DNA of 64,000 nt, taken from positions 1-64,000 of IMG/VR virus record IMGVR_UViG_3300025168_000056, one strand, 5' to 3'. Under the pieces are notes generated by a model that had not been told where the DNA came from, searched no databases, and was given only the letters and a program-made list of their open reading frames with translations. This stretch comes from a virus. A program made the position numbers and the translations under genes. Below, piece after piece: positions 18,205 through 28,583 of the stretch; position 1 is the first letter of the stretch, and each line of letters opens with the position of its first letter.

Positions 18205-20871
18205 ATGGCATTAACCCCAGAAGATCAGCAGCGACTAAATGAACTAACCGTTGAACATGTTGGTATGATGAAGGAGCGCGGTGAGCTAAACGAAGAAGAA
18301 TTAGCTTACCTAGACAAAAAGTTTAAGCGAGTAACAGAAACGAATGCCGCAATGCAAGCGCGTCTTGAAATGCTCAACAAGAGCATCGACCAAGAAGAGA
18401 CTCTGTACACTTATCAAATTCGCAGCAGAGAAGCTGCAAAACTTAGATTAGATCTGGCAGCACAAGAGCTGCAGGATTTAGACAAAAAAATCAAAGCTGG
18501 TGAAAAACTCGATGTAGCTGACCAAAAAAGATATGAGGTTTTAGCAGAAGGCTTAGAGAAACAAAGAGCAGCAATGAAAGCCAACGATGCTGCAATAAGA
18601 GGCACCGGCAACTTGATGGAAGACAAGGTTGGTGGCGCGGTTCTACGCGTCGCTGATATGCTGGAACGAGATCTTGGCTCACAATTATCTGCAATGAACA
18701 ACGCTGTCAGCGGCTTAGCAGATAAAGGCTTCGGTAAACTTTTTAGTATTTTAAAATCCACCGTATTCCAAATGGACCAACTGATTGCAGATTTCGAACG
18801 CAACTATCAAATGGGTCCAGCATACACAGAGTCAATCACGAACCAGTGGAAAGAAATGAACCAATATGGTGTCAGCATGGAAGATGCTCGCGACGCCCAG
18901 GTTGCTCTTATAACCGGAATGACCGATTTCACCATGTTAGGTCAAGCGCAAAGAGATTCAATTACACAAGCTAGCGCTTTACTCGGTGAGCAAGGCATTG
19001 CACAGGCAGATTTTGCGAAAGGCATGCAGAACTCAACAAAGTTTTTTGGACAGTCTGCATCGGCTGCTATAGTCACGCAACAGGAACTTGCGTCGGCAGC
19101 ACGTGCTCTTGGTCGTGTGCCTGCTGAGTTTGCCGCTGAGTTTGCTGCGGCCGGACCACAATTAGCCAAATTTGGTGAGCAGGGTATTAAAGCTTTCAAA
19201 GATCTTGGTAGAATATCTAAGATTACTGGTATGGAGATGGACAAAGTTCTATCTCTAACAAACAGATTTGATACATTCGAAGGCGCCGCCGAACAAGCTG
19301 GTAAATTAAATGCAGCAATGGGTGGCAACATGGTTAATGCCATGGATATGATGATGGAGACAGATCCGGCAGCAAGATTCGAAACTTTAAGAGAATCTAT
19401 AATGAACACTGTCGGTAGCTTTGACGACATGTCATACTATCAGAAGCAGTTTTATACAGAGTCACTTGGTCTTGGTGATGTAAGTGACCTTGCCTTGATG
19501 ATGGCTGGAGATATGGACTCACTATCAGGCGCCCAAAACCAGAATGCCGAATCGCTTATTGAACAACGTAAGCGCGCCGAAGATGTCCAAAGCGCACAAG
19601 AGCAGCTTGCGATTGTTGGACAAGAATTAATAGAAGATTTTGTGCAACCAATGATGACCGGTATGCGAACGATAACACAACTCATGCTTGATTATAGTGG
19701 TGTGCTTAAGACTGTAATGGGAATCATGGCGGTTTATAAAGCCTTAACGATTGCTTTGGCTGTTGCCAAATCCATCGAGACCGCTGCTACCATGGCCGGA
19801 GTTGGCGCCGAAAGAGCAGCGAGTCTGGGGAAAAAAGGAGCGATCGTAACACTAATCGCAGCAGCACTCGCTATTGCGATGATCGCGCGCGCATTAATGA
19901 TATCCTCCCCATCTAAAGTTGTATTAGCTTTATTTGGAATGGGAGCAGCACTATACGCAATTGGCAAAGTTGGTGAGAAAGCCGGCGCAGGGCTAGCTGC
20001 GGTCGCCACCACGATGGTCCCTCTTGGTATTGGTACGTTTTTGGTTGGTGCCGGATTAGCACTCATGGCAGCAGGGTTTAGTTTGCTTTCTGTTGAACAA
20101 ATGCTGGCAATGTCTGTAGCCTTAATAGCCTTGGGCGGTGCTTTATACTTTGGCGCACCAGCGTTAACCGCATTCTCCTTAGCGATGGTTGGAGTTGGAA
20201 TAGCGTTGGCAAACCCGGTAGTTGCCGTTGGGCTTGGGGTCTTTGCGTTGTTTGTTGCCGCAGTTGCTGGGTCTATATTTCTCGTTGCCAGCGGCATTGG
20301 ATTAATGGGTCAAGGATTAGGGGTAATGTTTGAAGCAATGGACATTAAAAAGACGCTAGCGTTTATTGGATTAGTCGGAGCATTGGCACTCGCAGGACCG
20401 TTCTTAATGATGGCTGGTGTAGGTTTTGGCGCTGTTGGTCTTGGGATGCTTGCTTTCGGACTTGCCTTGAAGATGATTTCAACAAGAGACTTGGAAGCCA
20501 TGGCTTCGTTTGCAACTGGTATGGCAGAAATGAATGTTACCAGTATTAGCCGACTTGTAGACTTGCTGCGTAACGTAGCAGAAGCAATGGATGACATCCC
20601 AACTGCGAAAGCGATCATGCTGACCGCTACTTTAGACGCTGCAGCAATCGCTGCCAAAGCCGCTACAGCGGTCGGCGTGAGAGGTGTGGTTGATGCATCC
20701 TCTACAACAAATACAACAAAATCATCCAACAATCAGAGCAGTCGACCAATTAATGTTCATGTTACTTTGGAATTAGATGGTGATGTTTTGGATAAAAGAA
20801 TAGTTAAGACTAGCACAGATGCTAAGTCATCCGGTGGATTAATGGATGCCGTAGCTAGTATTTTAAATTAA
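18205..20871 (+). CDS. Tape measure protein
   Basis: Long helical Ala/Gln/Met-rich protein with an extended hydrophobic Gly/Ala region; follows the chaperone genes. Confidence 0.8.
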   Translation: MALTPEDQQRLNELTVEHVGMMKERGELNEEELAYLDKKFKRVTETNAAMQARLEMLNKSIDQEETLYTYQIRSREAAKLRLDLAAQELQDLDKKIKAGEKLDVADQKRYEVLAEGLEKQRAAMKANDAAIRGTGNLMEDKVGGAVLRVADMLERDLGSQLSAMNNAVSGLADKGFGKLFSILKSTVFQMDQLIADFERNYQMGPAYTESITNQWKEMNQYGVSMEDARDAQVALITGMTDFTMLGQAQRDSITQASALLGEQGIAQADFAKGMQNSTKFFGQSASAAIVTQQELASAARALGRVPAEFAAEFAAAGPQLAKFGEQGIKAFKDLGRISKITGMEMDKVLSLTNRFDTFEGAAEQAGKLNAAMGGNMVNAMDMMMETDPAARFETLRESIMNTVGSFDDMSYYQKQFYTESLGLGDVSDLALMMAGDMDSLSGAQNQNAESLIEQRKRAEDVQSAQEQLAIVGQELIEDFVQPMMTGMRTITQLMLDYSGVLKTVMGIMAVYKALTIALAVAKSIETAATMAGVGAERAASLGKKGAIVTLIAAALAIAMIARALMISSPSKVVLALFGMGAALYAIGKVGEKAGAGLAAVATTMVPLGIGTFLVGAGLALMAAGFSLLSVEQMLAMSVALIALGGALYFGAPALTAFSLAMVGVGIALANPVVAVGLGVFALFVAAVAGSIFLVASGIGLMGQGLGVMFEAMDIKKTLAFIGLVGALALAGPFLMMAGVGFGAVGLGMLAFGLALKMISTRDLEAMASFATGMAEMNVTSISRLVDLLRNVAEAMDDIPTAKAIMLTATLDAAAIAAKAATAVGVRGVVDASSTTNTTKSSNNQSSRPINVHVTLELDGDVLDKRIVKTSTDAKSSGGLMDAVASILN

Positions 20872-20895
20872 TCTACGGTAAAGGAGTACATATAA

Positions 20896-22266
20896 ATGGG
20901 TAAAAACGACTGGAAAAATCAAGAAAGACCCGTATTTGATTCACAAAAATTTGGTATTGTTGTGAACGATCCGGCAAACCCAGGCGCAAGAACAATTGCT
21001 GAGCCCCACATGGCTAACAACAATGCATCTGTAGCACGTACTGCTGCCGGCGGAATGGCATCCGGACACATGCCTCACTTTATAGATGGCTCGGACGCTA
21101 TGGCAAACAAGGGTATGACTGTATCTTTTCAGCATGTCCCTTCCGAAGAAGACGTTACCTTTAAAGCTTTCATAACCGCGTTTAATGAAACTTATAACTG
21201 CGATTGGGCATCCGAAACTGTTTACGGTCGTTCTGATCCGATTCACATGTTCAAGAATACACAGAGAGAAATTACCCTGGCATTCAAGGTGCCAGCCGCC
21301 TCTGAGGGAGAATCTTTCGAAAACCTAGCGAGAGTTCAAAGGTTGATAACCTTCCTATACCCCACATATGCTACCGATGGCACCACCAGTACCGCAGGGA
21401 ATCAAGCTGATGTCACGAATGCGCTAACAATCTCCAACTCCCCTCTTGTTAGATTAAGAATCATGAACATATTAGCAGCACGACCACAGATTGGTGATGC
21501 AGACGGCTCAATTGGCGGTGGGGACGGAGGTAGAGCCAGCGAAGCTGCAGTATATAGTACTTTGGGAACATTTGAAAGACATGTGCAAGACGGCGGCGGC
21601 GGAGAGTGGCCAAGCACTTCCGTAGGTAGCAACACCGTTGCTGGAAACTATCACGGAGGACTTCTCGGAATCATCAAAAATGTGTCGGTTAACCACAATC
21701 TAGATAACCCAGATCACGGCGTATTCGAAATCAACCAAGGCACTATTTTACCTAAAATGATTGAAGTTAACTTGACTTTTTCTGCAATCCACGAACACAC
21801 GCTTGGGTGGTTTCCCGATGGCGCCGGTTCACAGACGTTTGCCAATCAGCTATGGCCATATGGCGTCAACGATACCTCCCGATTTGGGGACGATGGGTTC
21901 GACCGTACGACTGGAGCCCCAGATCCATCAGTTCTGGCACGTCAAAACGAACTGTCATACGATCGTTTAACCGGCTCTCTGGACCAGATGGCTGAAGAAG
22001 TGGAACAACATGATCAGGATATTGCCAACGCCAACGCACGCTATGCTGGAATGTTTGGCAAAGCGCGCTTTAATAAGGATATTCGAAGAGGCAGATATGA
22101 AGACAATGATTACATCAGATCAGCGGTCCGCGGTCGCGCTACACAAGATCTTACTCGTACCACTAACGAAGCTCTAAGATCGGCTGGGCAAAGACCCGAT
22201 AATTCCACACTCAACACATATCGAGATTCGGGCATGGAAGACAACTTCGAAGATTTTATCAGTTAG
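20896..22266 (+). CDS. Baseplate/tail-tube initiator-like protein
   Basis: F.AFIT.F...Y...W....VYGR.DPI..F..T.R.I.L.F and LP..I.V.L.F..IH motifs; follows tape measure. Confidence 0.6.
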   Translation: MGKNDWKNQERPVFDSQKFGIVVNDPANPGARTIAEPHMANNNASVARTAAGGMASGHMPHFIDGSDAMANKGMTVSFQHVPSEEDVTFKAFITAFNETYNCDWASETVYGRSDPIHMFKNTQREITLAFKVPAASEGESFENLARVQRLITFLYPTYATDGTTSTAGNQADVTNALTISNSPLVRLRIMNILAARPQIGDADGSIGGGDGGRASEAAVYSTLGTFERHVQDGGGGEWPSTSVGSNTVAGNYHGGLLGIIKNVSVNHNLDNPDHGVFEINQGTILPKMIEVNLTFSAIHEHTLGWFPDGAGSQTFANQLWPYGVNDTSRFGDDGFDRTTGAPDPSVLARQNELSYDRLTGSLDQMAEEVEQHDQDIANANARYAGMFGKARFNKDIRRGRYEDNDYIRSAVRGRATQDLTRTTNEALRSAGQRPDNSTLNTYRDSGMEDNFEDFIS

Positions 22267-22275
22267 GAAAAAAAG

Positions 22276-22614
22276 ATGCCAAGATACAAATCAACAAAAA
22301 TATTAAATAACAATTCTGAATTCTATAAGTTCTTGCGAAAGAAGCGCGGTATTAAAAACCTACGCCACTACGCTACACCTATGGTTTATAACCCATCGAC
22401 CGCGGATCGAGTTTCGACACCCACAGTATCTCACGTGTGGAAGTACGGAGATCGATATTACAAGTTAGCTGCCCAATACTATGGTACAGCAAAATATTGG
22501 TGGATCATAGCATGGTGGAACGGGCGCCCAACAGAGGCTGACGTGCAAAACGGTACCGTACTGCAGATCCCAACAAATCTTCAAGAAGCTTTAACTATCC
22601 TGGGGTCGTACTAA
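22276..22614 (+). CDS. LysM-like baseplate protein (gp53/tail X-like)
   Basis: GDR...LA..YYG....WWIIA..N...G..L.IP motif. Confidence 0.75.
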   Translation: MPRYKSTKILNNNSEFYKFLRKKRGIKNLRHYATPMVYNPSTADRVSTPTVSHVWKYGDRYYKLAAQYYGTAKYWWIIAWWNGRPTEADVQNGTVLQIPTNLQEALTILGSY

Positions 22615-25600
22615 TGGCGGGAGGAGGAGGAGATGCAGCATGGGGTACCGCTACTGGCGCGCAAGGGTCCAGTGCGGCTCCCTCCACCAGTGAACCCTGC
22701 GTTGACGGAGTAAACGGTACCGGTCCCGGGAAGAAGTGTGAGTCCACAATCGACGCGGCTAAACGACAGATCAATGAAGCGGTCGCCGCATCGGTTCTGG
22801 AGCAAGCCCCGGCAGTTTTAGAGAGCGCACAATTTATTATAGATTCTTCACAATTGTGTGTAGCTACTAGAAATTCTGTCTTAGAATCACTCACTTCAAT
22901 CTTCGGAACTATAGATGTCAATCCATGGTTGGAACTTGGTAACCAACAGTATTTTGAAAAGCGCCGCGAAGATCAAAAAACAATGTACGACCACACGTAC
23001 CGAGCACCCGAATCATGGCGCGTCGGTTCACCGATTGAGGGAGATAAAACCTGGGGCAATTACGCACGGACCGCATATAAGGAAAGACTCAACACTGGAA
23101 CGTTGACGTCATCACCGGTGAGTACCCACCTTTGGATGAATGAAATGTCTGAGATGGTCCTCTCTGCCCCTAACTATGGACCGTGGGATGTACGCGACGT
23201 GCTCCCGTACAGCTTTAAAAAATGGAGTTGGGTATCAGAATTAGATGAGACGTTTTCGACTAAAGTCCCAGACTTCGGCGCATTTGATACAGCCGACCAA
23301 GCTTTATATGACAGTCGCTTTACAACGCCAAACGGAGAGGTCGACCCTTTTCACCACTGGCACATGCGCACCGACCTGAATGCGATTGAAGCGATTTCGT
23401 ACACTCAGTATGGTGATACCCGAGATCAAGATAATGCCATGGCTGATCAGAATATCACTAGCGCTGTGCTGAAGTCGTGGCCATTCGGATGGCTTACGAC
23501 CCTTGAAACAGCCATGGCAATGATCGGATATTATACGCAAGCATCAGACCAGACTCTCTTGCAGAGTTCTGATTTACGATCCGGACCTGAATACCATCGG
23601 GAATATTCATTATTTACCGAGCGCGATATTCGACACTTATCGGGTGACGGTGATGCGCAGGTTGGCTGGAACTCGATTATGGATGCCAATCATTCTAATT
23701 TAAGAAGCTGGACAAAAGCAAACAGAAGACCTTATCTGCCACCATCGTCCGCCGGCGGTGGTGCACCCGTCGAGGGCATGAATACACCAGAAAATTTTGT
23801 TGTAAGATCGTTTTCAGAAGTTAACGCAGGAGGCAAAATGTGTGAAGATGCAGAGCCATGGCAACCTAGTACGATGTATGTTGACTACTCGCGACGCTCA
23901 GCCCAGCTGTACGATATGCGACCATACACAATGTTGATGACCGGAGGTGTCTTGAATCAAGGACTCTGGAATTCGAAATGGACAGTATCTCCTGATTATA
24001 GCGACCGCACCTTCTTTAAACCGTGGACCTCTAGCGACGGCAGCTTCATAGATAGAACAAAAGCAAAATTACAGGCAGATGCTGACCGCTTTGCTGCACT
24101 TGCGACAACAATCAGATCACTTCCCGAGGACCTCTCAAACTCTGACGACACTTTTCTTATGACCCAGAACCAGGCGACAGTTGCATCAGCAATGCTGGCG
24201 ATGTTCAGCAAGCAATACGGACAGACGAGCTTGAGCAGCACCCTGAGTGAAACCACCCAAGACGAAGGTATAAGACAAATGACCTTCATAAAACAAAATG
24301 ATGTTTATGGACAGCTTTCAAATCTTTTGAACTCAGTTGCTTCCTTCTTGGGCGGTACTCTCGATGAAATAAGCACACGGCATGACAAAATTCTCGATTC
24401 GCACCGGCGAACCATCATGGCGACATGTGATGCAATTAATGAGATTGCAGGCGCATTTAACGACGATGATGATTGGTACAATATCTTCGATGATTTTGAT
24501 GATCACATGGAGGATGTAGTCCGGGGAGACATCGGCAACCCCTTCGACCAGCTAGGGGACATCCTTATCAGCACCGGTGCTACAAACGTGATGTTTAAAG
24601 AGCAGTGTTTTTTGTTAAGTTTCATCGCTGACTTTGCTGCGTCTAAAAGAGTGAATATGGATCGAGGCAACGAAGCAGCCCCTGCTACTAAAAGACTTCC
24701 GTATTATCAAAGCGTAGCGAACCGAAAAAGCCTTGACAACAATGCTACCATACTAATGGATGGGGGTTCGTATGGGTTTTTAAATAAGTTAACTCAGAAT
24801 CCAAAATTAACAAGATTCTACAACGCGTTAAATCACGAACTATCAAATTTACAACCAAAAATACGCTTATGGAAAGTGATATTTGACGAAGAAGGGAATG
24901 AGCAAGAGGTCGAAATTAAATTTGAGTCACACTTTAGTGCAGCAGATTTAGATATGTTTAAAAACTCTGTAGCCCGCGGCGTTGGAGCCGGATTAAAAAG
25001 CTTTAATTTCGTTTACGATGGTAGTAATCCATTTTCAGTTAAGAAAAGTATAAAGGCTAATTTAAAAATCTTTGCTAACACGATGTCTGAAATTTTAAGA
25101 GATCGTCCAAGTCACTACGTAGATGACCAAGGCACTCTGCAGCCGACAACCTACAGGTATAGCGATCTGGCGATGAAGACCTGGAATACGGCAGCAGAAA
25201 GTGCGGAAGATACCGAAGAGAGTGCGACACCGGCACCCTGCGGCGCGCCGACCTTTGATATTCTAAGTGAAAATACCGAAAAATCAGAATTAAATTTTAG
25301 ACTGAAGGCAGAAGTAGGCTTTTCGCAGCCTATAAACGAAATGAGTTCGATGCACGAAAAACTGAGAGAAGCGCTGTCTGAATCTTTTGTTACGTTAAAC
25401 TTGACTCCCACAGTTCACAATTTTGAAATAGATGAAATGGGTAGAGTTATATTCAACTTAAATTTTTTAGCTTACATCGAACAATTTTTTGATCAATCCA
25501 TGTTCAATGTGTTTTCTTCATCCGACATAGAATTAAATCGTATTTTTCGCAAGTTGATGATGAAGCATTATAACTCCCAAGGCTGTGACTCAGAGCGAAT

Positions 25601-27296
25601 AAGTCAGCAAAAAGAAGATTTTGCTACTGAAATTAAGGGCGAGACTGAACAGGCTATAGCGAGCTTAATCGGAGATATGATGACAGAAGATCTAATATAT
25701 TATGTTAACTTACCTTATGCTAAAATAACTTCCTTCTTATCATATGGTCCACATAGCACATACGACGACTTCATAGGAGACAATAGTCTTGTGATACGCT
25801 CAAACGCGCAACACAATGAACTTCTGAAAACCAGAGTCGCCAGCGCACTGAGTACAGCTTTCGGGGCGGATAGCCAAGCAGGAACCTCCGACGCTGAGAA
25901 AAATCAAATTCAAGCTGCCCTCTTGGGTAACGATCCTCGCGAAGCCGACTTGTCTTTCTTCTATTTAAGTGATTTAATCGACATGGTTCTTGTAAAAATA
26001 GAAACTGGGATAACCAGAACTATTGAAAATATAGATGATATCAGCCTGCGCCCCGGAGGTCATGTAATAGCATGCGAGGAAAAGAGAGCTAAGAAAAAAG
26101 ACTATCTTAACGCACAAAAGAATTTAAAAAAATTAAGAATAATGCTCGGACCAATGGAATTGTCCCACCCCAAATCAGCCGACGGGTACAGTTCTGTGCA
26201 TGTTAATTTAGGAGACTGCCCAATATCAGTAAAATACTTCGTTGAGTGGTTGACCAGTAAAATGCTTCAGAAAGATGAAGTTACCTATAATTTAACTAAA
26301 TTTGTAAACGATCTTATTAATAATTTAATAAGAAACTTCTTAAACAACGATCAATGTTTTGGATATAGCGTGAAACAAAAGACTAGATTAAATCAGTCAG
26401 CTATATCCAGTTATGGCGCTCATCCCACCTATGACCCAGTTACACTTCCCGCGGTGGCGGCAGCAGAAGCAGCCATCGGCGCCGCTAACGCCTCTATGGA
26501 AGCGACCGCAACAGAAGCCGCCGCTACAGGCGCCAGCGTCGCCGCCCAAGTCGCTGGCATCGCCGGTGCAATGGCGGGATCGCTGGCAGACGGCGGAAAT
26601 AAAGCAAACTTCCGAGCGCGCCTAAGCGATTATGAGATGCCTGTTTTAAATCCATCTGGACCCAGCAATAGTGCTAGAACAAGCATGCCGGTTTCCAATG
26701 AGTATAACTACTTTGTTTACTTCGCTGGTCGTGTCATGCCGACAGAATTGATGAAAGGTGAGAAGCAATCTGATGAAGAAAAATTTGGTATATTTCATTA
26801 TATGCTCGGCCGAGATCGAGGGTTGGTTAAAAATATAAAACTCACGAAGACACAAACAAAAGGGTTAGCTGAAGTGAGGTTCGAGCAATCTGGGTATGAT
26901 GGTTTACAACAGTTAAGAGTTACCTATGATGCCCAAGTAGATATGTTCGCCAGCGTCAACACCTTTCCGGGAACATATATCTATATTGATCCCCGTGGCT
27001 TCGCACCTGAAGGTTCAGGGGATGAAAACTTCAGACTCACATCTCTTGGTATCGGTGGGTACTATATGATTATTCGATCAGAGCATGAGTTTGCTGAGGG
27101 CAAAGCAAATACAGTACTACATACTAAATGGGTAAATCAGGTGGATGGAGAAGAAAGTGAAAGAGCTTCTCAAATGGCAGTTTCCTCTACCGGTACCGGA
27201 GACATACAATCGCGTAAGTGCTCCATCTCTTTAAGACCGAACCCAGAAGAAGAGCTTCCAGAGACAGCCGGAATTGGCAGTCTGCTTGGTTTTTAA
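22614..27296 (+). CDS. Large baseplate hub-like protein
   Basis: 1560 aa following the LysM gene. C-terminal FPG..IYI...LGIGGYY.I....H motif resembles hub proteins. Confidence 0.5.
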   Translation: MAGGGGDAAWGTATGAQGSSAAPSTSEPCVDGVNGTGPGKKCESTIDAAKRQINEAVAASVLEQAPAVLESAQFIIDSSQLCVATRNSVLESLTSIFGTIDVNPWLELGNQQYFEKRREDQKTMYDHTYRAPESWRVGSPIEGDKTWGNYARTAYKERLNTGTLTSSPVSTHLWMNEMSEMVLSAPNYGPWDVRDVLPYSFKKWSWVSELDETFSTKVPDFGAFDTADQALYDSRFTTPNGEVDPFHHWHMRTDLNAIEAISYTQYGDTRDQDNAMADQNITSAVLKSWPFGWLTTLETAMAMIGYYTQASDQTLLQSSDLRSGPEYHREYSLFTERDIRHLSGDGDAQVGWNSIMDANHSNLRSWTKANRRPYLPPSSAGGGAPVEGMNTPENFVVRSFSEVNAGGKMCEDAEPWQPSTMYVDYSRRSAQLYDMRPYTMLMTGGVLNQGLWNSKWTVSPDYSDRTFFKPWTSSDGSFIDRTKAKLQADADRFAALATTIRSLPEDLSNSDDTFLMTQNQATVASAMLAMFSKQYGQTSLSSTLSETTQDEGIRQMTFIKQNDVYGQLSNLLNSVASFLGGTLDEISTRHDKILDSHRRTIMATCDAINEIAGAFNDDDDWYNIFDDFDDHMEDVVRGDIGNPFDQLGDILISTGATNVMFKEQCFLLSFIADFAASKRVNMDRGNEAAPATKRLPYYQSVANRKSLDNNATILMDGGSYGFLNKLTQNPKLTRFYNALNHELSNLQPKIRLWKVIFDEEGNEQEVEIKFESHFSAADLDMFKNSVARGVGAGLKSFNFVYDGSNPFSVKKSIKANLKIFANTMSEILRDRPSHYVDDQGTLQPTTYRYSDLAMKTWNTAAESAEDTEESATPAPCGAPTFDILSENTEKSELNFRLKAEVGFSQPINEMSSMHEKLREALSESFVTLNLTPTVHNFEIDEMGRVIFNLNFLAYIEQFFDQSMFNVFSSSDIELNRIFRKLMMKHYNSQGCDSERISQQKEDFATEIKGETEQAIASLIGDMMTEDLIYYVNLPYAKITSFLSYGPHSTYDDFIGDNSLVIRSNAQHNELLKTRVASALSTAFGADSQAGTSDAEKNQIQAALLGNDPREADLSFFYLSDLIDMVLVKIETGITRTIENIDDISLRPGGHVIACEEKRAKKKDYLNAQKNLKKLRIMLGPMELSHPKSADGYSSVHVNLGDCPISVKYFVEWLTSKMLQKDEVTYNLTKFVNDLINNLIRNFLNNDQCFGYSVKQKTRLNQSAISSYGAHPTYDPVTLPAVAAAEAAIGAANASMEATATEAAATGASVAAQVAGIAGAMAGSLADGGNKANFRARLSDYEMPVLNPSGPSNSARTSMPVSNEYNYFVYFAGRVMPTELMKGEKQSDEEKFGIFHYMLGRDRGLVKNIKLTKTQTKGLAEVRFEQSGYDGLQQLRVTYDAQVDMFASVNTFPGTYIYIDPRGFAPEGSGDENFRLTSLGIGGYYMIIRSEHEFAEGKANTVLHTKWVNQVDGEESERASQMAVSSTGTGDIQSRKCSISLRPNPEEELPETAGIGSLLGF

Positions 27297-27323
27297 TAAA
27301 AGGCGACAATAGAGAGGAATAAG

Positions 27324-28583
27324 ATGACACAATATTACGCAAAATCAAATAATGAGAAGACCTCTGATTTATTTAACAAAAGGCTAAGGTACCGAATTCG
27401 CGCTAAAAACGCGCGCTATCAAAATAATAATCTAGTTGATTTTACAATTGGTGAAAAAAAATTGTATGGCAAAGTAGATATGTGGCACTCTCCTATTTTT
27501 GTAAAACACGAATCGAGACTGAAGCAGATTAGAAGCCAAAATCCCGAACAACCGCTGAGAGCATTTAGCTTTGTTGCTGACTTGTTTAACCAGATGGTAT
27601 CAGAGTTTGAGCGGTGTATGACAAATGGGCAAATTAGCAAAACAGATCCCTATTTATCTGAACTTAAAGCATACAAGGCATTCGAGGATCCCACTACCGG
27701 ATTCAATGAATACAAAGATATATTGTTTGATAAAATTAAGAGTCGATTTATGTTAGCTAATATAATGGTAGAAGATTTTCCTCATTTTTTAGACGAGTTT
27801 ATGAAGATAGCAAAGATCGCCATGAAAACTACACCGTTCACCCGCTCAGCATATATGAAAAGCGATCTTAATTCGATAATGAGCAGCGGACTGGCGATTG
27901 AGATCGCCGATCTGGATTACAGCGATGATGAAGGGAAAGTAGAGACTCTCCTTAAAAGCAAAAACTGGCAATTCTTTGTTAATGCTTGCAATAAGCATGG
28001 ATTTATCATTGATCGTAATATACCGTGGAGAATAATTTGCGATGTCAAAGCACCAGAAATTGAAATAGTGCGCAATCAGTATTACTTAACATCTATGGAT
28101 TTGTTTAATCAGGGATTCACGCACGCTTCAATTGATGGGTTGACTTTTTTACCCAGACAGCTGCTGCAACTCTACAACAAAGTTAAAAGAAAAAGATTTA
28201 AAAAACAAGTTATATGTGGAAAGAAGATGACTTATAAGGTCATTACTCCTCCAAGTTATTCTGTCAACGATCTCATTGGTCTGTATGGTTTAGATCATTG
28301 GGCTAAAATTTATATGAAGTTAAGGCTAATCGAAGAAAAGCCGGACATGGATCATCACCAAAAAAAATCTTTGGTCCGAGATACTCTTGAATACTTGAGG
28401 CTTAAAGGAGATTATTCGATTGTAGAAATATATTTTGAAAGATTTATTAATAAACCATTTGACAAAAGGTATTCCGCCACGTATAATAAGAATGTACTCC
28501 AACCTGCGATTGCCCAAGTGATGCAGGAACAGAGTATAGCATATTCTGCTAGCAGCATCAAACAGGCTATGACGAGTTATTAA
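27324..28583 (+). CDS. Hypothetical protein
   Basis: 419 aa ORF with RBS GAGG; no motif recognised. Confidence 0.6.
   Translation: MTQYYAKSNNEKTSDLFNKRLRYRIRAKNARYQNNNLVDFTIGEKKLYGKVDMWHSPIFVKHESRLKQIRSQNPEQPLRAFSFVADLFNQMVSEFERCMTNGQISKTDPYLSELKAYKAFEDPTTGFNEYKDILFDKIKSRFMLANIMVEDFPHFLDEFMKIAKIAMKTTPFTRSAYMKSDLNSIMSSGLAIEIADLDYSDDEGKVETLLKSKNWQFFVNACNKHGFIIDRNIPWRIICDVKAPEIEIVRNQYYLTSMDLFNQGFTHASIDGLTFLPRQLLQLYNKVKRKRFKKQVICGKKMTYKVITPPSYSVNDLIGLYGLDHWAKIYMKLRLIEEKPDMDHHQKKSLVRDTLEYLRLKGDYSIVEIYFERFINKPFDKRYSATYNKNVLQPAIAQVMQEQSIAYSASSIKQAMTSY
28459..28487 (+). promoter_or_regulatory. Consensus sigma70 promoter at the start of the replication module
   Basis: TTGACA-17 nt-TATAAT, perfect match, ~95 nt upstream of polA. 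Confidence 0.75.
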